A stretch of 64,000 nt of DNA, taken from NCBI GenBank assembly GCA_900551965.1, contig URYF01000002.1, positions 810-64,809 of the forward strand. The letters run 5' to 3'. Of the stretch, positions 27,162 through 37,181 are shown piece by piece (the stretch's first letter is position 1; each line of letters begins with the position of its first letter). The position numbers and the translations under genes were made by a program. The notes below the pieces were generated by a model. That model worked only from the letters and a program-made list of their open reading frames with translations, ran no database searches and had not been told where the DNA came from. The stretch is from an uncultured bacterium (lineage in GTDB: Bacteria > Cyanobacteriota > Vampirovibrionia > Gastranaerophilales > Gastranaerophilaceae).

Positions 27162-29018
27162 TCATTTTTCAAATGAAGATTTTTTTGGAAATGTTTCTTC
27201 CAGAAATATTTTGATGCGCTGCCTGTCAAAATCAGATATTCCTTCACCATCATTGGTACAAAATAATGCAGGATTATATTTCTTTAATTTAGCATAAGGA
27301 TTTTTGTTTTTCATGGAAATGACTATTGAATCAGCATAATAAGCCCTTTTAAATTTACAAACCAATCTTTTTATAACTGAAAAATATCTGTCGACACGAG
27401 AATAACGCTTTAATCTTGCACGTTTTACAGCTAAGGAATAATAAGTGATAAGAACCCTGTTTATATCACCTTCTGTTCTAAACTTATGAGTTCTTAAAAG
27501 GTTCCAACGATCTTTAAACAAATCAATACAATTAGCAAAATCATACACATTATAAGCATCAAAATTATGATGAGGAGCATAAGGATATAACACTCCAAAT
27601 TTATCTTTAATTATATTTTGTAAATTTAATATCGAACGAGCATACATTGACGTGGGTAAATTTTTAAACGGTATTTGATGTTTCAGCCTGACTATAGGCA
27701 AACCCTCGGCATCAAAAAAGAATTCCTTGCCAATATACCTGTTACAATACATATCATCATTTGCATAAATAAAATGTGTAGATAACTCCGGAATTTTTGC
27801 CAAATATGACTCGATTGCTTCACTGTTAAAAAGGGGCAAACTCTCCTGCGGAATAAATTGATTATGAAAAACAACCTTTATTTTCGGGTTTGAGGTAGCA
27901 AGCCAATCAGGAATTTGATTATCCGTAACAATATAAATCCGATTTATCCACGGCATATATTCTTCCACAGCCCGCAAAGAGTATTTCAATTCTTGATTAT
28001 CCACAAATCTACCCTTATCTACAGCTTGAAAGTTTAAATTACTTGAACCGTGCAACCAATAATTTTTCTTTTGCTGCCACTGCAAATCGTTACCGTCAAC
28101 CCAAAGATAAACTAAATCCACAGGATAAGTATAGTCAATATCGCAACACTTTATTTTAAGGAAACCAAATAATAACTCTTTTTTCTTCTTCAACCCGATA
28201 CCGGTTTTAATAAACGGATTATACCAAGAAACTGTATAATAATTTAAATGCTCCGGTAATTCAATTTTATGTTCAATGCAAAACATTTGCAGCTGCTGAT
28301 ATGCTATTGCTTTATCTTTTATTTTTGTATTTTTATTTTTTCCGGAATTAATTATTGAATTTGCCCGTTGATTATAATGGTAAAAAACTTGAGGAACAGA
28401 GACTAAAGAATCTGAATAATAAAGTGCTTTAATTGAAAATAAAATATCTTCATAAAATTGTCCCTCCGGAAATTTTAAATCGTAACTTTGAAACAAATTC
28501 TTTTTATAAATTTTATTAAACACATAAAAAAAGTTCTTTGAAGTGTCAAAACAAGTCTTAATCTTAATTCTAAGGTCTGTTACAAAATTTTCTCTTGAAT
28601 ACTTCACAAGAGTTTTTGTTAAATATTTTTTATGTTTTACAATGCCTGCAACCGCAATTTCCGCATTATACTTAATTGCAGTATTGTATAAATTTTTAAA
28701 ATAGTCATTATCAACGAAATCATCACTATCAACAAATCCGATGTATTCCCCATTGGCAGCCAAGATACCACGGTTTCTGGCGCCACCGGGCTTTACATTA
28801 CTATCAAGACCAATAACCTTGATACGACTGTCTTTTATTGCATATTCATTTAAAATTTCAACAGTATTATCATTTGAACAATCATCCACAACTATTATTT
28901 CAATCTCTTTTATGGTTTGACTTAAAATACTATCTAAGCATTTTTGTATATAATCCGCACTATTGTAACTCACAACTATAATAGACAATTTGATTTTTGA
29001 CATAACTCCTCCTACCAA
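27162..29018 (-). CDS. fusion protein: family-2 glycosyltransferase + Stealth-family hexose-1-phosphotransferase
   Basis: N-terminus GT2 'LSIIVVSYNSADYIQKCLDSILSQT...IIVVDDCSNDNT...FVDSDD'. C-terminus Stealth conserved regions CR1 'VDLVYLWVDGND', CR2 'NQELKYSLRAVEEYMPWINRIYIVTDNQIPDWL', CR3 'FIYANDDMY'. Confidence 0.8.
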   Translation of the reverse strand: MVGGVMSKIKLSIIVVSYNSADYIQKCLDSILSQTIKEIEIIVVDDCSNDNTVEILNEYAIKDSRIKVIGLDSNVKPGGARNRGILAANGEYIGFVDSDDFVDNDYFKNLYNTAIKYNAEIAVAGIVKHKKYLTKTLVKYSRENFVTDLRIKIKTCFDTSKNFFYVFNKIYKKNLFQSYDLKFPEGQFYEDILFSIKALYYSDSLVSVPQVFYHYNQRANSIINSGKNKNTKIKDKAIAYQQLQMFCIEHKIELPEHLNYYTVSWYNPFIKTGIGLKKKKELLFGFLKIKCCDIDYTYPVDLVYLWVDGNDLQWQQKKNYWLHGSSNLNFQAVDKGRFVDNQELKYSLRAVEEYMPWINRIYIVTDNQIPDWLATSNPKIKVVFHNQFIPQESLPLFNSEAIESYLAKIPELSTHFIYANDDMYCNRYIGKEFFFDAEGLPIVRLKHQIPFKNLPTSMYARSILNLQNIIKDKFGVLYPYAPHHNFDAYNVYDFANCIDLFKDRWNLLRTHKFRTEGDINRVLITYYSLAVKRARLKRYSRVDRYFSVIKRLVCKFKRAYYADSIVISMKNKNPYAKLKKYNPALFCTNDGEGISDFDRQRIKIFLEETFPKKSSFEK

Positions 29019-29119
29019 TTAGAATTCATGATTCTATTATCTAACAAATAATGCGATTGTCAATAATATTAGCCCACACAGTTAGTTTTTATTATAGAAT
29101 TATACATTATAATAAGACA

Positions 29120-29449
29120 ATGTCTGATATTAGAAAAACAATTGGCAATATTATAAAAAATAACAGGAAACGCCTAAAGTTGACACAGGCGGAACTTGCC
29201 ATACAAGTTGAAGTCGAACCTAAATATATCAGCCGTATTGAAACCGGTACATCATATCCGTCATTAGCCGTATTGGAAAGGATTTTCACTATATTAAATA
29301 TTGATATAGCAGATATAACAAAACAAGACAATTCATACATTGATAAAAACGTACTAATATCAATGATTATTTCAAATCTGAAGCATACCTCACTTAAAAA
29401 CTTACAACTTATCAAAGAAATTGTTGAGAAAATAACCCAAAAAGAATAG
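29120..29449 (+). CDS. XRE-family helix-turn-helix transcriptional regulator
   Basis: 'LKLTQAELAIQVEVEPKYISRIETGTSYPSLAVLERIFTILNI'. ATG 29120 is preferred to 29051 because the N-terminal 23 aa of the long ORF look non-coding and TATAAT lies just upstream. Confidence 0.8.
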   Translation: MSDIRKTIGNIIKNNRKRLKLTQAELAIQVEVEPKYISRIETGTSYPSLAVLERIFTILNIDIADITKQDNSYIDKNVLISMIISNLKHTSLKNLQLIKEIVEKITQKE

Positions 29450-29465
29450 TAAAAAGAATAACAGC

Positions 29466-29918
29466 TTAAACCATAATTTGTTGAAAAAACTCTTTCAACA
29501 GCTTGATTTTTTCGCCCCCGATTGCAATAAAAGAAACCTCTTCTGTTTGAAGTTTTAAGTAAAACCTCGCCTCATTAAAAACAACCATACTGTTATTCAT
29601 AAAAAATACAACCTGCGGCTTTTTCTCCTGAACTTGGAAAGCTTTTATATCAGAAAAATAAATTCCAACACCATTTATCATTATGCAATCATCAAGAATT
29701 TCGATTTTATCTTTTTTGTTAAGCTTATGAATTATCAAAAAACGCGGAAAATAAATTACTGTAAAAACAAAAATTATCCCGAATGAGACAAATAAATTTA
29801 GCCTGTTGAGCATATACAAGTACACAACAAACCCTGCAACCAGAGCATAGAAAAATAATATTCCCGCAACAATCATAAACGGACGCTCATCTGTATTTGG
29901 TTTAAATCTTTCTTTCAT
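29466..29918 (-). CDS. hypothetical membrane protein (two TM helices plus small soluble domain)
   Basis: 150 aa. 'FMIVAGILFFYALVAGFVVYLY' and 'LFVSFGIIFVFTVIYF'. No family recognised. Confidence 0.5.
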   Translation of the reverse strand: MKERFKPNTDERPFMIVAGILFFYALVAGFVVYLYMLNRLNLFVSFGIIFVFTVIYFPRFLIIHKLNKKDKIEILDDCIMINGVGIYFSDIKAFQVQEKKPQVVFFMNNSMVVFNEARFYLKLQTEEVSFIAIGGEKIKLLKEFFQQIMV

Positions 29919-29937
29919 TCATACTCCCATTCCTGTT

Positions 29938-30297
29938 CTATGATTTTTTTGAATACTCTTTTACATCATATTTATCCATAAGGTTGTTTTTTCGATGTGA
30001 AGAAATCATAGCACCAACCCCAAGCCCGGCAACAATCCCCCCTGGAATCCCGATAAGTGCCCAAGCCAATGATCGCTTACGAAGACTCGAAACCCAGCCT
30101 AGAATAGCAAACGCAGCAACAGATACCATTGTAAGGTTTAACAACTGTTTTTCTTGTGCGTTATATTTTTTGACAAATTCATCAGCCTTTGATCTGTCAA
30201 TCTCATAGCTTGGAACATTTGAAGGTTTGTCCGGACTTTTCCTAAAGTCAAGGCGAACTCTGTTATTATCAATATTTGGACCTATCTGTAATCTCAT
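29938..30297 (-). CDS. hypothetical membrane protein
   Basis: 119 aa. Two Gly-rich TM segments 'MVSVAAFAILGWV' and 'ALIGIPGGIVAGLGVGAMI'. Confidence 0.5.
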   Translation of the reverse strand: MRLQIGPNIDNNRVRLDFRKSPDKPSNVPSYEIDRSKADEFVKKYNAQEKQLLNLTMVSVAAFAILGWVSSLRKRSLAWALIGIPGGIVAGLGVGAMISSHRKNNLMDKYDVKEYSKKS

Positions 30298-30337
30298 ATT
30301 GTAAACTTAACTCTTCTTATTTAAATTTTATATTGCC

Positions 30338-31948
30338 TTATTTTCTCAAAATTTTTGCCGACAATCTATTAAACAACTCTCCTGCATAGTCCATTTTAAA
30401 TAATAAATTCAACGGTACATATACTACCAGGCAGACTATTGCAATTATAGTTATTTTTATAATCTCAAACGGAATTTTAGGAAGCTGTACAAATTTATCA
30501 AATTCATACGCACACAACCAACAAACCCCAAGAGTTATAATACCTGAAACAATCATTTTTAACAAGTTTATAAATAAAGTCTTATAATCCATATTCATTT
30601 TTTTAGTTATTAAGACCCCTAAAACTACAGCATTAAACAGAGTTACAAGCGAAGTAGAAAGGGTAATTCCGCCAATTCCGAAATGCATTTTTGAAATCAA
30701 AATCCAGTTTAAAAACAGCTTCAAAACAATTGATGAAAACGCAACAACAAACGGAGTTGCAGAATCATTAAACGAATAATAAACCCTTGTAATAGAATCT
30801 CTGAACACATAAGGAATTATAGAAACTGACAAGAACCACAAAGCTTCTGTCACCATAAACGTCGCATTAGCATCAAACACTCCGTGCTCAAATACTAACC
30901 TTACTGCATCCATACCAACAACAAGAATACCTATAATTATCGGGATTGCACCGAAAAACAAAACCCCGACCCCTTTGTTAAAATAATTTTTTATTCCATC
31001 AAAATCCTTATCCGCAACAAGTTTTGCAAATATCGGAAACAACGGAACTAAAAACGCTGTAACAAGAATACCTACAGGAAATTGAAATACTCTATTAGCA
31101 TATCCTATAGCAGTCCAAGCACCCTCTGAGATAGATGATGTAAAAAACATATCAACATAAATATGAATTTGACCAACCGTAGAGCTTAACACCGCCGGGA
31201 ATAATAATTCACAAATTTCCTTAAAATGCGGATTGTTTGTAAATTGAAAATTCGGACTTAATCTATAACCCAGTTTTCTAATATTCGGATACTGAATAAT
31301 AAGCTGCAAAATAGCACCAATAGTTGTTGCCCAGGCAAGAGCATAACCTTTTTGATCATCAGGGACAGCAATTACAACCCCAATTATTGCCAAACTCATA
31401 ATTATCGGCGATAAATTAGGCAGCATAAATTGCCTGTAGATAATCAATATTCCGTAATATATCCCGACAATTCCACCTATAACCAGTAGCGGTGTCATAA
31501 TTTTTAAATGTGCCGCAGCAAGATTCACCATCTCCGGCGAGCCGCCTGAGATTATAATCCCCATTATTTGTTTTGGGAATAAAAATATTAAAGCTGAAAG
31601 TAGTAAGAAAAATATTATAGTTGCATTCATAAATATTGAATACAGTTTATTAACTTCTTCTGAGGGTTTTTCTTTTAAATTTGGAATCAATTTTGAAAAA
31701 ATTGCAACAGTCGCACTGTGAAAAGGCCCGCCAACTCCGCCTAATAAAATCAGTGAAAGAGAAGGGATTTGATAAGCATAGTAATAAGCATCCGAAACTA
31801 ACGATGCTCCGTAATAATTTGCAATTATAATATCTCTTACAAACCCGATAAGCTTACTCACAATTGTAACAACTGCTATAAGCCAGGCGGCTTTTAATAC
31901 ACTCGGTGCTTTATTCTCATTAATAGTCGATTCTGTCATTTTCTCCAA
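30338..31948 (-). CDS. murJ: lipid II flippase MurJ (MviN family)
   Basis: 536 aa polytopic protein. N-terminal signature 'VSKLIGFVRDIIIANYYGASLVSDAYYYAYQIP'. Confidence 0.88.
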   Translation of the reverse strand: MEKMTESTINENKAPSVLKAAWLIAVVTIVSKLIGFVRDIIIANYYGASLVSDAYYYAYQIPSLSLILLGGVGGPFHSATVAIFSKLIPNLKEKPSEEVNKLYSIFMNATIIFFLLLSALIFLFPKQIMGIIISGGSPEMVNLAAAHLKIMTPLLVIGGIVGIYYGILIIYRQFMLPNLSPIIMSLAIIGVVIAVPDDQKGYALAWATTIGAILQLIIQYPNIRKLGYRLSPNFQFTNNPHFKEICELLFPAVLSSTVGQIHIYVDMFFTSSISEGAWTAIGYANRVFQFPVGILVTAFLVPLFPIFAKLVADKDFDGIKNYFNKGVGVLFFGAIPIIIGILVVGMDAVRLVFEHGVFDANATFMVTEALWFLSVSIIPYVFRDSITRVYYSFNDSATPFVVAFSSIVLKLFLNWILISKMHFGIGGITLSTSLVTLFNAVVLGVLITKKMNMDYKTLFINLLKMIVSGIITLGVCWLCAYEFDKFVQLPKIPFEIIKITIIAIVCLVVYVPLNLLFKMDYAGELFNRLSAKILRK

Positions 31949-33641
31949 CCGGTTCTATATATATTCTTATTCCTTTATTTGCACCCTGCTTTGCAGGATA
32001 ATAAAATTTTATTGTATTCATACCCTTTTGTAAATATTTTGATAAATCTATTTTATTAAATCTTTCATTAACATCAAACTCTATTTTTTCATCAACATTA
32101 TTTATAGACGCATCAATATAAGCTACTTTGTACTTATTATCAACAACAAGTACAGCTTCTCCTGTTTTTGTCCAGAAACTTTTAACAACAGTATTCTGCC
32201 CGCTATTAGAAGATAATATTGCAGGCTCAGTTGCTATTGAAATCCCTGAATAATAATGTTTTAAGATTTGATCATAGCTCATTTTAAGTTCTTTACCCAT
32301 ATACCCTGCGCCGTATTGACTCATACCAACACCATGTCCAAATCCACCGCCATAGGCTTTTATATATATCAAATCCCCGTTTTCATTATATTCATGTTCA
32401 AATACTACGTTAGCACTTGGAAGAGATTTTCCTTTATTTGTTAAAAGTCTTCTAATCACAAGCTCTTTTTGTACAATATAATTTCCGTTATCAGTTTGAA
32501 TCTCCAGTTCTATAATTTTACCGGACTCTCCACGCTTTAAAACATTCAGTTTTTTGACAATCCCGATTATTTCCCCTTTAGCTACAGCAGGCTTTACAAA
32601 CCCGGCAGCACTTTGCGCTGCAATATTTGCCTGCAGCGCATCTTGAATCTCCTGCCCGTTCCATTCTCTTTCCCACCTATAGTAGGAGGATTTAACATCA
32701 AAAGATTTCGGCTTAGATTTATAAAATTTTGCAGCCGCCTCTTCAGAGTTTAAAGGTTCAAATTCTTCATAATCAGGTTTTGCAATAAGATACGGCTTTG
32801 AGTCTGACGGAAATTTTTTAGATACAGGATCTGAAAAAACATTTTTAAAACTTTCAGTGTATCCGCCCGCAGTTGATGAATACTGTGCAAGAATTAAATC
32901 CCAGCCATATAAAGCCACAAGACCGGTTGTTTCATTAACCGCACGCGTAGACAAATCTCTTTCTGTATTGGCACCAAAATATACCTGACTTGCTACAGAA
33001 TCCACAACATCGTAATTAGGATTAGCTTTAACTCTTGGAGAAAGTACATAATTTCTTGCCGCAACACTTTGCGCTTTTAATGCCTCTAAACCAAAAGAAA
33101 CAGGCATTTCATTTGGGACAACCCCTTTTAAATAATCCTCAAGTTCTAAAGAATTTACTATATGAAATTTACCTGAATGAGCAGCTGCAACAAGCTCTAG
33201 CTGCCCGCGATAAATTGCATCTTGCTCAGCTCTTTTTAAACCTTTAACCCCCATATACCCAAAATCTGTTTTAAAAATCAAAGGCCCTGAAACTTTGGCA
33301 ATAACATTATCTTCAATATCTGAGATTACAAAAACCTTTCCGACCATGTTTATTTTTATAACATTATTACTATCATAGGTATTTATATAGGTTTTATTGT
33401 TATAAAGCTCAAACTCACCTGTTCCGTATATTTGGGCATCTGCCCACTCATAAGTTGTAAAATTATTTGTACCGATACCGACCCTGACAATTTTAGAAAC
33501 AGGATTTGATAAATATTGATTAAATCCGGCTTCTCTGGCAATTTGCATTGTTGTTTGAGGAATATTTCCCATATATGCAGCATTCGCACAAAGCCCGCAG
33601 AACAGAATATTAAAAAATAACACTATTCCCAATTTCTTCAT
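31920..33641 (-). CDS. SpoIID/LytB-domain protein (amidase enhancer-like)
   Basis: ATG 33641 gives the signal peptide 'MKKLGIVLFFNILFCGLCANA'. 'LEDYLKGVVPNEMP', 'EALKAQSVAARNYVL', 'YSSTAGGYTE', 'GHGVGMSQYGA'. Confidence 0.85.
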   Translation of the reverse strand: MKKLGIVLFFNILFCGLCANAAYMGNIPQTTMQIAREAGFNQYLSNPVSKIVRVGIGTNNFTTYEWADAQIYGTGEFELYNNKTYINTYDSNNVIKINMVGKVFVISDIEDNVIAKVSGPLIFKTDFGYMGVKGLKRAEQDAIYRGQLELVAAAHSGKFHIVNSLELEDYLKGVVPNEMPVSFGLEALKAQSVAARNYVLSPRVKANPNYDVVDSVASQVYFGANTERDLSTRAVNETTGLVALYGWDLILAQYSSTAGGYTESFKNVFSDPVSKKFPSDSKPYLIAKPDYEEFEPLNSEEAAAKFYKSKPKSFDVKSSYYRWEREWNGQEIQDALQANIAAQSAAGFVKPAVAKGEIIGIVKKLNVLKRGESGKIIELEIQTDNGNYIVQKELVIRRLLTNKGKSLPSANVVFEHEYNENGDLIYIKAYGGGFGHGVGMSQYGAGYMGKELKMSYDQILKHYYSGISIATEPAILSSNSGQNTVVKSFWTKTGEAVLVVDNKYKVAYIDASINNVDEKIEFDVNERFNKIDLSKYLQKGMNTIKFYYPAKQGANKGIRIYIEPVGENDRIDY

Positions 33642-33680
33642 AGATTTATTATATGACAAAAATATCACAGCACCTAAAAC

Positions 33681-35231
33681 TTAGCATTTGGTAACAGCAT
33701 CAATAATATTAGAGCCCATTTTATATTGAAGTGCCTGCATTAGATGAAGCTGTAAAATATCTTCACTGCCTTCAAGATCGGCAATAGTTCTTGCAAGTTT
33801 TAAGATTCTGTCATAACGTCTGCCGGAAAGCTGGTATTTTACAACCGCAACTTTTAACATTTCACGCGATTTTTCATCAATTTTACAATATTTTTTAATA
33901 AGATCAGTGGTTAACTCGGCATTTGTAAGAATTGACTCATTTTTATAGCGCTGAGCCTGAATTTCACGCGCTTTCACAACCCGCTTTCTAATATCTGCAG
34001 AGCACTCTTCTTCCTCTGTTGAATTTAACAATTCAGAAGCGAACAATCTTGGGACATCAACCTGAATATCAATTCTGTCAAGCAAAGGTCCGGATAATTT
34101 TGCAAGATAACGGTTTACTTGAAAATCCGAGCAGGTGCATTGCTTTTCTCTATCCCCTAAATATCCGCAAGGACAAGGGTTCATAGCACCTAGCAGCATA
34201 AATTTTGCAGGGTACCTTACAGAATGTTTTGCTCTTGAAATAACAATTTCACCATCTTCTAAAGGTTGACGAAGAACCTCCAACACCTGACGCGGAAATT
34301 CTACCATCTCATCAAGAAATAAAACCCCGCGGTTTGCTAGAGTAATTTCACCGGGGCGCGGAGAACTTCCCCCGCCTATTATTCCATTTGCAGATGCTGT
34401 GTGATGAACAGGTCTGAACGGGCGTTTAACAAGCAGCGGCTCATCCGGAGGTAAAAGCCCGCACACACTATAAATTTTAGTCAACTCCAATGCTTCTGAC
34501 AATTCAAGCGGCGGTAAAATCGAAGCGAAGCATTTTGCCATAAGAGTTTTACCTGAGCCCGGAGAACCTATCATTAAAACATTATGAGCACCTGCTGCAG
34601 CTATTTCCAATGCTTTTTTCGCCTTTTTCTGACCTTTTACATCCTTGAAGTCGAACGGATAATCCTGATGGTTTTCCTGATTTAGATACTGTTTTATATC
34701 TACAACCGATGACGGAATCTTTGTTTCTATAAAATGGTTTACAACATCTGTTAAATGCTCCGCTCCATAAATATTAACATCTCCGTTTAAAGCTGCTTCT
34801 TTAGCATTAACTTTAGGAACAATGACATTTTTAACCCCTGCATCCTTTAATCCGATAACAAGCGGTAAAACCCCGTTAACACCGCGTATAGTCCCATCAA
34901 GCGACAATTCCCCAATAAACGCATAATCTTTTAACTTTTCAGCATCAAGAACTTCTTCTTCAGTTAAAATTCCAACCGCTATAGGTAAATCAAATCCTGT
35001 CCCTATCTTTTTTAAATCAGCAGGAGCAAGGTTGACAACCACTTTTCTTGAAGGGAATGAATATCCCGAATTTTTTATAGCAGATTTAACCCTGTCACGA
35101 GCTTCGTTGATTGAAGTATCCGGCAGTCCCACTATCGACATTCCCGGAAGAGAATTTACGACATCTGTTTCGACAAAAACCTCGTAAGCATTTATTCCTA
35201 TAACTGTAGCTGTTTTTACTCTATTAACCAC
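33681..35231 (-). CDS. comM: Mg-chelatase-like AAA+ protein ComM/YifB
   Basis: 'VGLPDTSINEARDRVKSAIKNSG', Walker A 'GSPGSGKT', Walker B 'GVLFLDE', 'CPCGYLGD....C.C', 'SGRRYDRILKLARTIADLEG'. Confidence 0.9.
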   Translation of the reverse strand: MVNRVKTATVIGINAYEVFVETDVVNSLPGMSIVGLPDTSINEARDRVKSAIKNSGYSFPSRKVVVNLAPADLKKIGTGFDLPIAVGILTEEEVLDAEKLKDYAFIGELSLDGTIRGVNGVLPLVIGLKDAGVKNVIVPKVNAKEAALNGDVNIYGAEHLTDVVNHFIETKIPSSVVDIKQYLNQENHQDYPFDFKDVKGQKKAKKALEIAAAGAHNVLMIGSPGSGKTLMAKCFASILPPLELSEALELTKIYSVCGLLPPDEPLLVKRPFRPVHHTASANGIIGGGSSPRPGEITLANRGVLFLDEMVEFPRQVLEVLRQPLEDGEIVISRAKHSVRYPAKFMLLGAMNPCPCGYLGDREKQCTCSDFQVNRYLAKLSGPLLDRIDIQVDVPRLFASELLNSTEEEECSADIRKRVVKAREIQAQRYKNESILTNAELTTDLIKKYCKIDEKSREMLKVAVVKYQLSGRRYDRILKLARTIADLEGSEDILQLHLMQALQYKMGSNIIDAVTKC

Positions 35232-35312
35232 ATGGCTAGTATAGCATAACCCGAAATATTTGTCTTTTATGTTAAATCGTGATAGACTAATTAAATGGAG
35301 AGCTTATAAATT

Positions 35313-36527
35313 ATGATTAAAGAAATTTCAAAATTAAAAAATAATATAGAATATATCTACAAAAAAAACGATAATACCCCTAGAATGGCTGTATGCCTGA
35401 ATATGTCAGTTAACGAACCGGAAAAACTTCCCGGAGTATATTCACTAATGGCAAGATTACTTTTACAAGGTACTAAAAACTATAACTCCGAAGAACTTGC
35501 AACTGAATTTGAAAAATATGCAATAGATTTTTCCAGCGAATTATTCCCCAATTACCTACGTTTGAAATTTGTATGCCTGAATGAAGATATATCTAAAGCT
35601 ATTGAACTTATGAATGAAGTAATTACAAATTCAACCTTTGAGGAATTTGAAAAAGAAAGAATTAAGTTAAAAGGCGAAATTACTGCAGAATTAGATTCAC
35701 CAAGAGCATTGGCAATGGATGCTTATTGTCGTGCTATGTATGAAAATCATTTCTATGGAAACTCAATGACTAAAATCATGGAAAACATTGATTCTATTAC
35801 CAAAGAAGACGTTACAGAAGCTTATAACTTCATATTGAATAACAGTAAAAAAATACTTGCCGTTGTCGGCGCGCTTAACAAAGATGAAATTTTACCGCAA
35901 CTTGAGCAAACTATCGGCAATCTTCCGGAATCTACCGACAATAATTTCAATATTGAAAAACCAATATTAAAAGAAAAAAAAGAAATCATAAATACAAAAT
36001 CCGATATCAACCAGGCTCATATAATAAAAGGCTGGCAGGTTGAAACTTGCGGTGAAGAAGATTATCCTGTTTTAATTTTATTAAATATAATTCTTGGAGC
36101 ATGCGGACTTTCTTCCAGATTATTTATGGAACTGCGTGATAAAAAAGGTTTGGCATACGTTGTAAGAAGTTCATACGAAAACTACAAACTTGCTGCCAGT
36201 TTTATGATTTATATCGCGACAGAACCTAAAAATATCGAGGTTTCACTAAAAGGTTTCAACGAAGAGATTGAAAAAATTAAAACAATTCCGGTTTCAGAAA
36301 AAGAATTGAACGATGCAAAAAATAACCTTATCGGTAAATGCGCGTTCCTTGAAGAAACAAATATTCAGCAAGCATGTACTTTTGCAAAATACGGTGTTGT
36401 AGGTTTTGGCTTTGATTACACGGAAAAAACAAAAGAAATGGTAAAAGCTGTAACCGCTGAACAAGTTTTACACTGCGCGCAAAAATATTTCAACGACAAA
36501 TATGTACTTTCCATAATTAAACCTTAA
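35313..36527 (+). CDS. M16 (pitrilysin) family protein lacking the HxxEH zinc motif
   Basis: 404 aa. M16 fold signatures ('GVYSLMARLLLQGTKNYNSEEL', 'SRLFMELRDKKGLAYVV'). The position of HxxEH reads 'SLMARLL', so it is probably the non-catalytic type. Confidence 0.65.
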   Translation: MIKEISKLKNNIEYIYKKNDNTPRMAVCLNMSVNEPEKLPGVYSLMARLLLQGTKNYNSEELATEFEKYAIDFSSELFPNYLRLKFVCLNEDISKAIELMNEVITNSTFEEFEKERIKLKGEITAELDSPRALAMDAYCRAMYENHFYGNSMTKIMENIDSITKEDVTEAYNFILNNSKKILAVVGALNKDEILPQLEQTIGNLPESTDNNFNIEKPILKEKKEIINTKSDINQAHIIKGWQVETCGEEDYPVLILLNIILGACGLSSRLFMELRDKKGLAYVVRSSYENYKLAASFMIYIATEPKNIEVSLKGFNEEIEKIKTIPVSEKELNDAKNNLIGKCAFLEETNIQQACTFAKYGVVGFGFDYTEKTKEMVKAVTAEQVLHCAQKYFNDKYVLSIIKP

Positions 36528-36590
36528 CTTGTCAGCTAATAGTTTTTTCTAAGCAAATTTAAGACAATCTGAATTGAGAGGATTGTCGTT

Positions 36591-37181
36591 GTGAGAAATA
36601 AAATTGCGGAAATTACATATTTTATTTGTTTGGCAATCCTTTCTGAAATATTTCTGCCCGTATATGCTCTGAAAAACGATACCCGTATTCAAATAACCGC
36701 AAGCCTTACAGAAAATAAATATAATTCAACCGAAGAAATAGAAAACTTATTCAAAACAAATATAGAACCCCAAAACGAAATTGTCTATACAAAAGTTCCT
36801 CGCGGGCTAATTGTAAGCATTAATAGCTCCATATTCTTTGAAGAAGGTCAAGACGAAATTAAAGAAGACTCCAAAACCATTCTTAACAAAATCGGTGAGA
36901 TATTAAAAATTACAGACAAATCCTGTGTTGTTGAAGACAATTCAGGCAATAAATCCCCTCAAAGCTCAATATACCAATCAAACTGGGAGTTTTCAATCGT
37001 ACGGGCTGAAAAAATTGCACAATACCTAATAAAATGCCAAAATTTAAACCCAAAAAAAATCCGTGCAATAGGGTTTGGAGAGATAATGCCATTTAATGAT
37101 AATGTTTCTTACGGGTTAAATATGAACCGCAGAATTGATTTTGTGATTCTTAACTACGAAAAAAATGTCCCTATACATTAA
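36591..37181 (+). CDS. OmpA/MotB C-terminal domain protein
   Basis: GTG start. N-terminal hydrophobic segment. 'RGLIVSINSSIFFEEGQDEI', 'NWEFSIVRAEKIAQYL', 'IRAIGFGEIMP...NRRIDFVI'. Confidence 0.75.
   Translation: MRNKIAEITYFICLAILSEIFLPVYALKNDTRIQITASLTENKYNSTEEIENLFKTNIEPQNEIVYTKVPRGLIVSINSSIFFEEGQDEIKEDSKTILNKIGEILKITDKSCVVEDNSGNKSPQSSIYQSNWEFSIVRAEKIAQYLIKCQNLNPKKIRAIGFGEIMPFNDNVSYGLNMNRRIDFVILNYEKNVPIH

Noticed and set aside
36563-36587. Hairpin GACAATC-n11-GATTGTC overlapping the GAGAGG Shine-Dalgarno of the OmpA-like gene as a possible translational switch.
   Set aside because: The stem is only 7 bp, there is no conserved flanking structure, and the pattern could arise by chance.
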